Assembly (NCBI GenBank): GCA_026392115.1
Contig: JAPLCQ010000031.1
Location: 26,776-90,775, forward strand
DNA length: 64,000 nucleotides
Direction of reading: 5' to 3'
From: Armatimonadota bacterium
GTDB taxonomy: Bacteria > Armatimonadota > Chthonomonadetes > Chthonomonadales > CAJBBX01
Below the pieces are notes generated by a model. The model was not told the DNA's origin. It saw only the letters and a list, made by a program, of their open reading frames with translations, and ran no database searches. A program made the position numbers and the translations under genes. Of the stretch, positions 48,803 through 55,967 are shown one piece after another; position 1 is the first letter of the stretch; every line of letters starts with the position of its first letter.

Positions 48803-49498
48803 TCATGCCGGCTTGATCCAGCCCTTCTGCTGAGCATCGGCAACAAGCCACTGCGCGAAGGCCCAGAGCTCCGGTGAGCCGTCTTCGATAACGCAGTTTC
48901 GGGCCAGGACGCGCTCGGCGGTGATGCCGTGGGTGCGCCAGCTGTGGCCCTCGGTGCAGTGGTTCAGCATCATCGGCTGCAAGCGGTCGAGGGAGTTGGC
49001 GTAGCGCGACTCCGGAGTGGCCCGGGCTTCGAACTCGTCCCACAGGGCCCGGAGTTCGGCGCCCGTCTCGGGCGGGAGGAGGCCGAAGAGGCGCGTGGCC
49101 GCCGCCTGCTCCTTCTCCTCCTTCAGCGCCATGCCCGCGTCGTCGTAGCAGAACGTGTCGCCGCAGTCGGCTTCGACGATGTCGTGGCAGAGGAGCATCT
49201 TCACGCTGCGGAGGATGTTGGTGCCCGGTTCTGCGGCGTGGGGCGCCAGTACGAGCGCCATGAGCGCCACATGCCAGGAGTGCTCCGCGGAGTTTTCGTG
49301 TCGCGAGGCGTCGGCGATCAGCGTTCGGCGCAGGACCGTCTTGAGCCGGTCCATCTCGATGAGGAAGGCGAGAGCTTGGCAGAGGTCGGGCGGTATGGGC
49401 GCTTCGGCGAGGTCGCGGGTCGGATTCGTGTCGGTCACAGGCGGGCCTTTCACGCGTCGGTTCGGAGGAGTCGGAGGTCCATTCGCAGAATACCGCAC
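48803..49498 (-). CDS. HD-domain phosphohydrolase (YfbR-like 5'-deoxynucleotidase family); start uncertain
   Basis: DRLKTVLRRT...ENSAEHSWHVALMA...LCHDIVEADCGD. Confidence 0.8.
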   Translation of the reverse strand: MRYSANGPPTPPNRRVKGPPVTDTNPTRDLAEAPIPPDLCQALAFLIEMDRLKTVLRRTLIADASRHENSAEHSWHVALMALVLAPHAAEPGTNILRSVKMLLCHDIVEADCGDTFCYDDAGMALKEEKEQAAATRLFGLLPPETGAELRALWDEFEARATPESRYANSLDRLQPMMLNHCTEGHSWRTHGITAERVLARNCVIEDGSPELWAFAQWLVADAQQKGWIKPA

Positions 49499-49534
49499 TG
49501 GTGGCGGCCATGGCCGGCCGCGCGGGAGGTGGTG

Positions 49535-52288
49535 ATGAGGAGCATGGTAGCCCTGGCGGCGCTGGTGGCCGCCTTGCCGGTGCAGTCCGGCGCGCAGCAG
49601 GCGCAGCCCTGGACGGCTACGCTGGCTCAGAACGGCGCTGTGACGTTGTCACGGCAGGGCCGGACGCTGGGCACGCTGGAGCCGGGCCTGTTCGAGGCCG
49701 TCTGGCGCGGCGCCTCGCTGGGCGGCGGCCGTCCGGGCGATGCGATCCGAGGGCCGCGGCGCAGCGGGACGATCACGGCGCCGGGCGGCTGCGTGGTGGG
49801 TGTGGCAGTGACCGTGGCCGAGGCCAGCGAGCATGGCTTGGCCCTGCGCTACCGGATGACGCCCCGTTCGGCGCTCAAGCTCAACAGCCTCCACGTCACG
49901 CTCGGACTGCCCGTCGCGTGGGCGCACGGCGGCTCCTGGGCGGCCGACGGCAGGGACGGCGTCTTCCCCGCCGAACTTCGCGACGTGCAGTTCCGCTCCG
50001 GCCCCGTGACGCGCCTGGCCCTCAAAGGCCCCGACGGCGCCGCACTCACGTTCGCCTTCGCCGAACCGACGGCGGCGCTGCTGCAGGACGACCGCCAGTG
50101 GGGCGGCGCCTTCAGCCTCCGCATCGGGCCTCAGATCTCCGGCGACGATGTCTGGCCCGCAGGCAAGGCGCTCGACATCGCCTTCCGCATCGAGGCCGAA
50201 TGGGGGTTCCGCATGGAAGAGGACGCACCCGTTACGCTGCAGCCCGGCAAGGAGTGGGCTCCGCTGGAGGCTTCGCTGGACATCGAGGCGGGCTCCGCGC
50301 TGGACTTCTCGTCCGTCGTCCCGTGGCATGCGCCGGCGGGGAAGCTGGGCCGCGTGGTGGCCGGCCCGGGCGGCTCCTTCGCCTTCGCGTCCGAGCCCAA
50401 GAAGCCCGTGCGCTTCTACGGCGTCAACCTCTGCTTCTCGGCCCAGTACCTGAGCCGCGAGGAGACCGACCGGTTGGCGGTGCGATTGCGGCGGTTGGGC
50501 TACAACGCCCTGCGTATCCACCACTATGAGTCCATGCTCGTGGACCGGGCCGGCGGCAACAGCGTCACGCTGAACCCGGCCGCGCTGGATCAGCTCGATT
50601 ACCTCTTCGCCGCGCTGAAGAAGCAGGGAATCTACATCACCACCGACCTCTATGTCTCGAGACCCGTCTTCGCCGCCGAGGTCTGGCCCGGCGAGGCAGG
50701 CGACGTGGGCATGGACGAGTTCAAGATGGCCGTGCCGGTGAACGAGCGCGCCTACGCCAACTACATGGCGTTTGCCCGGGCGATCCTGACCCATGTCAAC
50801 CCCTACACCGGCATGAGGTGGGGAGATGACCCGACGCTGGCCTGGCTCAGCCTGATCAACGAGGGCAACCCCGGCAACTTCATTGGCGGCCTTACGGAGC
50901 GATGCCTCAACGACTACAAGGCCGCCTACCGCACGTCGCTCGCCGCCAACGGCCTGGCCGCCGCATCGGACCTGCCGAAAGAGGGGGCGCAGCTGAACCG
51001 CTTCCTGGCGGACAACCAGCGGGCCTTCTACCGTCGCGTCAGGGCCGACCTGCGCGACTCGCTGGGCTGCAAGGCGCTCTTGACCAACATGAACGCCTGG
51101 ACGAACCCGCAGGCGATCCAGTCCGTCCGCTCCGAGTTCGACTACGTGGACGACCACTTCTATGTGGACCATCCCGAGTTCATCGAGCGGCCCTGGTCGC
51201 TTCCCTCCAAGTGCCCCAACACCAGCCCTGTGGCGGCAGGCGTGCCGGGCGGTCGCGGCTGCGCCTTCGTGCGTGTGTTGGAGAAGCCCTTCACCTGTAG
51301 CGAGTTCAACTACTCCGGGCCGGGCAAGTACCGGGGCGTGGGCGGTATCCTCACGGGAGCGCTGGGCGCGGTGCAGGACTGGTCCATCATCTGGCGCTTC
51401 GCGTACGCCCACAACCGCGAGGCGGTGACGGAGCCGAGGCCTGCGGGCTACTTCGACCTGGCCTCCGACCCGCTGAACCAGGCCGCCGACCGCGCCTCGG
51501 TCTGCCTCTTCCGCCGCGGAGACCTGAAGCCCTCGCGCGCCACCGCCGCCGTGCGCACCGCCGGACAGCCCCGCTCGACACGCGGGGTCGTGCCGCCGTG
51601 GGACGCCCTGGCCTGGGTGGTAAAGGTAGGCGGGACCTTCGCGCCTGCCCCCGACGGCGCGGTTGTGCTGGATGCCGAGACCGCCGACGGCGCCGATGGG
51701 CCCGCCTTCGCCGCTGGAGCTTCGGAACGCATCCTGCACGACCTGCGGAGCCAGGGGCGCCTGCTCCCAGCTAAGCGCACCGACCTCGGGCGCACGCTGC
51801 TGCAGTCGGAGGCCGGCGAACTGACGATTGACGGCCAGCGCGATGTCCTGACCATCGATACGCCACGCACGGCAGGCGGCTTCGCCAACCCCGGCGAGAC
51901 GGTGACGGCGGCGGATATGAAGGCCAAGGTGATGGACGCCCCGGCCACCGTCTGGGTCTCCAGCATCGACGGCCAGCCCATCCGCCGAAGCCGCCGGCTG
52001 TTGGTCACGCACCTGACGGACCTGCAGAACCAGGGCGTGCGCTACGCCGACACGGCCCGGAGGGTCCTGTTGGCGTGGGGCGGACTGCCGCACCTGGTGC
52101 GCGCGGGCCGCACCGAGCTGAGCGTGCGGGTGGCCGACCCGTCCAAGGCTCGGGTCTGGGAACTCGCCCAGAGCGGCAAGCGGCTGGCCGTGGTGCCGCA
52201 TACCGTCCGGGGCGAGTACCTGGTCGTGGCCCTCAACACGGTGGCCGGAGGCAAGGGGCGAATGCTCTACGAGATCGCCGAGAAGTAG
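49535..52288 (+). CDS. Secreted glycoside-hydrolase-like protein with a clan GH-A TIM-barrel core (family unassigned)
   Basis: GGGAGG RBS and signal peptide MRSMVALAALVAALPVQSGAQQ. FYGVNLCFSAQYLSREETDRLAVRLRRLGYNALRIHHYE resembles GH5/GH2-type barrels. The long 5' extension from 48929 is antisense to the HD gene and is discounted. Confidence 0.55.
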   Translation: MRSMVALAALVAALPVQSGAQQAQPWTATLAQNGAVTLSRQGRTLGTLEPGLFEAVWRGASLGGGRPGDAIRGPRRSGTITAPGGCVVGVAVTVAEASEHGLALRYRMTPRSALKLNSLHVTLGLPVAWAHGGSWAADGRDGVFPAELRDVQFRSGPVTRLALKGPDGAALTFAFAEPTAALLQDDRQWGGAFSLRIGPQISGDDVWPAGKALDIAFRIEAEWGFRMEEDAPVTLQPGKEWAPLEASLDIEAGSALDFSSVVPWHAPAGKLGRVVAGPGGSFAFASEPKKPVRFYGVNLCFSAQYLSREETDRLAVRLRRLGYNALRIHHYESMLVDRAGGNSVTLNPAALDQLDYLFAALKKQGIYITTDLYVSRPVFAAEVWPGEAGDVGMDEFKMAVPVNERAYANYMAFARAILTHVNPYTGMRWGDDPTLAWLSLINEGNPGNFIGGLTERCLNDYKAAYRTSLAANGLAAASDLPKEGAQLNRFLADNQRAFYRRVRADLRDSLGCKALLTNMNAWTNPQAIQSVRSEFDYVDDHFYVDHPEFIERPWSLPSKCPNTSPVAAGVPGGRGCAFVRVLEKPFTCSEFNYSGPGKYRGVGGILTGALGAVQDWSIIWRFAYAHNREAVTEPRPAGYFDLASDPLNQAADRASVCLFRRGDLKPSRATAAVRTAGQPRSTRGVVPPWDALAWVVKVGGTFAPAPDGAVVLDAETADGADGPAFAAGASERILHDLRSQGRLLPAKRTDLGRTLLQSEAGELTIDGQRDVLTIDTPRTAGGFANPGETVTAADMKAKVMDAPATVWVSSIDGQPIRRSRRLLVTHLTDLQNQGVRYADTARRVLLAWGGLPHLVRAGRTELSVRVADPSKARVWELAQSGKRLAVVPHTVRGEYLVVALNTVAGGKGRMLYEIAEK

Positions 52289-52293
52289 CCGGC

Positions 52294-52323
52294 GGGAGGG
52301 GGCGGAGCGATCCGCCCCCTCCC
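52294..52323. terminator. Bidirectional terminator hairpin
   Basis: 13-bp perfect stem gggagggggcgga (52294-52306) / tccgccccctccc (52311-52323), loop gcga. Confidence 0.6.
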
Positions 52324-52335
52324 AAGGGTCCGGAC

Positions 52336-53295
52336 CTACAGGCCGCCCATGAACTGGTAGATGGCGTCGTTGATACCCGGCAGGCCCTCGTGGCCGAAGT
52401 CCGGGTAGATCACCAGCGACTTCCTCGACGTGATCTTGTTGTACGCGGCGAATTGCGACGAGGGTGGGCAGACGGTGTCCATCAGCCCGATTCCGAGCAG
52501 CACTTCGGCCCGGATCCGCGAGGCCAGGTGCTGATTGTCGATGTACCCCAGCCGTGTGAAGATGGCCGCCTCGCGTTCGTGCCTCGGGTCGAAGCGGCGG
52601 AAGTAGTCTTTCAGCTCCTGATAGGCCGCCACAGCCAGGTCGATCTCCCAGACGCGCTGGTAGTCGCACAGGAATGGGAAGACCGGCGCGGCGAGCTTGA
52701 TCCGCGGCTCCAGTGCGGCACAGGCCAGCGTGAGGCCGCCGCCCTGCGAGCCGCCGGTGACGCCCACGCGCGCCCCGTCCACCTGCGGCATCTCCATGAC
52801 CAGGCCGGTGAGCTCGGCGCAGTCGAGGAAGATCTGCCGGAAGAGCAGGTCGTCGGGTTTGCCGTCGAGGCCGCGTATGATGTGCCCGTTCAGTGTGTTG
52901 CCCGGCACGCCGCCCACGTCCTCGGAGAGACCGCCTTGGCCTCGGCAGTCCAGAGCAGCCACGGTGTAGCCGCGCGCCACGTAGGCCAGCTTGTCGGACC
53001 AGTCGCCGCTGTCGCCGGAGTACCCGTGGAACATGACCACGGCGGGGTGCGGCTCGGCGCAGCCCTTCGGATGGAGCAGCTTGGCGTGAATGCGGGCCCC
53101 GCGCACACCCGTGAAGGTCATGTCGAAGCAGTCCGCACAGGGGGCGGAGAAGGCGCTGGGCGCGAGGGTGACGCAGGGGTCCGTCGCGCGCATTTCGGCC
53201 AGCGCGGCATCCCAGTAGGCGTCAAAGTCGTCGGGCCGCGGATTGACGCCGTTGTACCGGTGGAGGTCGGCAAGCGGCATATCTAACAGAGGCAT
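52336..53295 (-). CDS. CE7 acetyl xylan esterase / cephalosporin-C deacetylase family
   Basis: MPLLDMPLADLHRY...PDDFDAYW, nucleophile motif GGSQGGG, and HGYSGDSGDW. Confidence 0.85.
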   Translation of the reverse strand: MPLLDMPLADLHRYNGVNPRPDDFDAYWDAALAEMRATDPCVTLAPSAFSAPCADCFDMTFTGVRGARIHAKLLHPKGCAEPHPAVVMFHGYSGDSGDWSDKLAYVARGYTVAALDCRGQGGLSEDVGGVPGNTLNGHIIRGLDGKPDDLLFRQIFLDCAELTGLVMEMPQVDGARVGVTGGSQGGGLTLACAALEPRIKLAAPVFPFLCDYQRVWEIDLAVAAYQELKDYFRRFDPRHEREAAIFTRLGYIDNQHLASRIRAEVLLGIGLMDTVCPPSSQFAAYNKITSRKSLVIYPDFGHEGLPGINDAIYQFMGGL

Positions 53296-53398
53296 TGGGC
53301 GCTCCAAGAGGCGAGATGCCCGCCGGCGCTGCGGCGGGTGACTCACTATTCCACAGAACGCCCCGCGCCTCCTGCCGACATCTGCGGTTCGGGAGCGG

Positions 53399-53599
53399 CT
53401 ACGCTACCTCTTGCAGGATGCCGTCGGGTCCCACGCGCCACTTGCCGGTGGCGTAGACCTCCCGGGCGCTGCGCAGGATGCCGGCGTAGCGCTCGCACTG
53501 CTCGCAGAGCTTGGCCGCGTCGCCCTTGTGGTCGCAGACGCCGCCCTGACCGCAGGGCCGCGTGCTCCTCCGTTCTTCCAGCCAGATGATGTCGTCCAT
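53399..53599 (-). CDS. Small Cys-rich hypothetical protein (66 aa; C-x5-C-x9-C-x2-C)
   Basis: GAGGAG RBS 4 nt upstream of the ATG. Third codon positions are strongly G/C. I recognise no family. Confidence 0.5.
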   Translation of the reverse strand: MDDIIWLEERRSTRPCGQGGVCDHKGDAAKLCEQCERYAGILRSAREVYATGKWRVGPDGILQEVA

Positions 53600-53767
53600 G
53601 GTTCTCCTCGCTTGGCCCGCAGGCCGACCGACGTCGTCGTCGAAATATGTAGTCAGGCTAACATACCACCCGGCGTCGCTCGGTGTTCCTCGAAGCCTCG
53701 CTGAACACAGAAGCTAATGGAGCGTCTATGGCGTTGTAGCTGGAAGGCATCCGCCAGGGAGGGACCC

Positions 53768-54298
53768 ATGAGGAACGTCACACGATGCGTAGCGGCGCTT
53801 GCGCTGGCCTTGGCCCCTGTGGCCGGCGTGGCGCAGGCGCCGAAGGCCGAACGGAAGGCAGACGTGCCGCCGGTGCGCGGGAAGGACCAGCAGAAGCCGC
53901 AGCGAACGCCGGTTCGCGGACGCTTGCCGGCCGGGCTCGCGGCTCTGAAACTGACCCCGGAGCAGAAGGAGCGCCTGCAGGGCATCAGGGCCAAGGCCAG
54001 GGAGAAAGTCGAGGCCATTCGCGGCGAGAAGGAGCTGACACCCCTGCAGCAACGCACCCGGGCGGCGGCAGCCAGGGCCGACGCTCTCGCAGAGGCCCGG
54101 AAGGTGCTGACGCAGGAGCAGCAGAAGAAGGTGCGCACCGCCATCGAACGACGGCGCGGCGCCTCGGTGCAGGCAGGTCCGTGGCGTCAGGGAAGGCCCG
54201 GCGGGCCCGGGGTCGCCCGGCGTCGGATGCAGGCGCCGCCGGCGGGTGCGCGGCCGTGGCTTCGGGAGCGGATCAGGCAGCGGCGCGGCTGGTACTGA
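53768..54298 (+). CDS. Periplasmic LTXXQ-motif (Spy/CpxP-like) protein
   Basis: Signal peptide MRNVTRCVAALALALAPVAGVAQA. Repeated LTPEQKERL, LTPLQQ and LTQEQQKKV motifs. Confidence 0.65.
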   Translation: MRNVTRCVAALALALAPVAGVAQAPKAERKADVPPVRGKDQQKPQRTPVRGRLPAGLAALKLTPEQKERLQGIRAKAREKVEAIRGEKELTPLQQRTRAAAARADALAEARKVLTQEQQKKVRTAIERRRGASVQAGPWRQGRPGGPGVARRRMQAPPAGARPWLRERIRQRRGWY

Positions 54299-54353
54299 TC
54301 GGTCGAGTCTGGGTCGGATGCCCACGCCATGCGGCCTCCGACCCGGACGTGGC

Positions 54354-55967
54354 CTACCGCTTCGGCTGTGGCCTCCAAGCCAACACCTGACCCGCGGCCT
54401 CTAGTTTGGCGCGCAGGGCCGAGTAGGGCACGTCCTGCACGGTGCAGCCACGATCCAGCGCCGCGGCTGCAGCCAGCGCGGCGCTTTGGGCCATGATCAT
54501 GAAGACCGGTTCCATGCGGATGGAGCCGTAGGCAATGTGGCTGGCCGATAGGCAGACCGGCACGAGCAGGTTGCCGCACTCGCCGCGCCGAGGCGTGATG
54601 GACCGGTACGAGACCGGGTAGGGTGTGGAGACGCCGACCTGCACGTCGCCTTCGTTCCGCACCGCGCCGTCCACCACCGTGCGGCGGCAGTTATGCGAGT
54701 CCATACCATAGGCGCCCAGTCCTACGCTGTCCTCCGGCACCCGCTTCAGCGTGCAGTCCGCCTCGGTGGCGACATAGTCCGACACCATGCGTCTCGCCTC
54801 GCGGACGTAGAGCTGGTGCGGCCAGCCCCCGGTGGTCTGGAACTCATCCCGGCAGAGCCCCCAGAGCGACATCCGCGCTCGGGCCTCGTCGGGCACGGCC
54901 GGGTCGTTGCATAGGAACCAGAACCAGCCCATCTGGTAGCGCACATGTGCCTGGAAGATGCGTTCCCGCTCGGCGTAGCCGGCTTCGGGGTAGCGGTGGT
55001 TCATGCCGATCCAGTCGGTGGAGACCGATCCGTGGTTGTTCTTGTCCACCTTGTCGCCGCGGATCGGATCGAACTTACCGAAGAGGTACTTCGAGTCGAT
55101 CTTCAGGGCTCGGGCCAGCAATTCGTAGTCGCCGCGCCGGTAGCCGCGGGGCTTGGGGAACGGGATGCGGTTGGCGGGGGCCTGGGTGAGGCACATGCGG
55201 AAGTTGTACGCCTGCACGCGCCTATCGCCGGTTCCCGCCGGCTCCAACGGCGTCGCGTCGATGCCCGGTAGGAGGCCCGATGCCGGGTCGCCGGGCCGAA
55301 TGTAGGGGTCCACGGCGCCCTCGAACTGGTGCTTGTCACGCAGTTGGACGCCGTTCAGTGTCTCGCCGTAGGTGGAATTGGCCTCGCGGCCCACGGTGTA
55401 GCTGACGCCGGCGCGTTCCATCAGGTCGCCTTCGTAGCTGCAGTCGATGTAGACGCCCGCCCGTACGGTGAGGCCCGAGGTTGTGGTCAGCGAGGCGATG
55501 CGGCCCTCCTTCATCCGGACTGACCGGACGTACTGGGCGTTCCGTACCTCGACGCCCGCGTCGGAGGCCAGCTTCGAGAGAACCTCGCCGGCCACGTGGG
55601 GCTCGAAGTTCCACTCCTCCGCCACGCCGTAGCGGGCGCCGCAGGCGCGGTAGAACTCGCGCGAGATGCCGCCGATGCCCGCCTTGTTGCCGAAGTCGGT
55701 GCAGCTGAGCCCACCCGTGGTCAGGCCGCCGATCTGCCGCGCCGGGTTCAGGACGATGACGCGCTTGCCGGATCGCGATGCCTGCACGGCCGCCGCGATG
55801 CCCGCCGCGTTGCCGCCGTAGACGCATATCTCGGTGTCGAGCGTCTGCACAACCCGAGGCGCCGGCGCGTAGTAGGTGGGCTTACCATCGGCGGTGGCGG
55901 CCATGGCGGCTACTCCAAGGGCTAGGACCGCCGGTACGAGCCCGGCAGTCCGTACCTTTCGCGTCAC
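54354..55967 (-). CDS. Secreted FAD-dependent oxidoreductase (PF12831-like family frequent in glycan loci)
   Basis: Signal peptide, then EICVYGGNAAGIAAAVQASRSGKRV dinucleotide-binding motif. The GTG start overlaps the GH38 stop (GTGA). Confidence 0.75.
   Translation of the reverse strand: MTRKVRTAGLVPAVLALGVAAMAATADGKPTYYAPAPRVVQTLDTEICVYGGNAAGIAAAVQASRSGKRVIVLNPARQIGGLTTGGLSCTDFGNKAGIGGISREFYRACGARYGVAEEWNFEPHVAGEVLSKLASDAGVEVRNAQYVRSVRMKEGRIASLTTTSGLTVRAGVYIDCSYEGDLMERAGVSYTVGREANSTYGETLNGVQLRDKHQFEGAVDPYIRPGDPASGLLPGIDATPLEPAGTGDRRVQAYNFRMCLTQAPANRIPFPKPRGYRRGDYELLARALKIDSKYLFGKFDPIRGDKVDKNNHGSVSTDWIGMNHRYPEAGYAERERIFQAHVRYQMGWFWFLCNDPAVPDEARARMSLWGLCRDEFQTTGGWPHQLYVREARRMVSDYVATEADCTLKRVPEDSVGLGAYGMDSHNCRRTVVDGAVRNEGDVQVGVSTPYPVSYRSITPRRGECGNLLVPVCLSASHIAYGSIRMEPVFMIMAQSAALAAAAALDRGCTVQDVPYSALRAKLEAAGQVLAWRPQPKR

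Noticed and set aside
48929-49534. Long N-terminal extension (about 200 aa) of the 49535-52288 hydrolase ORF, and similar extensions at 39172, 41082-42614, 18652, 26303 and 33269
   Set aside because: The extensions overlap neighbouring genes or lack RBSs. Internal starts coincide with Shine-Dalgarno sequences and, where relevant, with signal peptides or conserved N-termini.
49649-52669. 1006-aa minus-strand ORF, and similar long ORFs at 26540-28123 (-), 27820-29118 (+) and 30781-31821 (+)
   Set aside because: All are antisense or out of frame to genes with clear homology-type motifs or signal peptides, and their compositions are dominated by Arg/Gly/Pro/Ala. They are not credited as genes.
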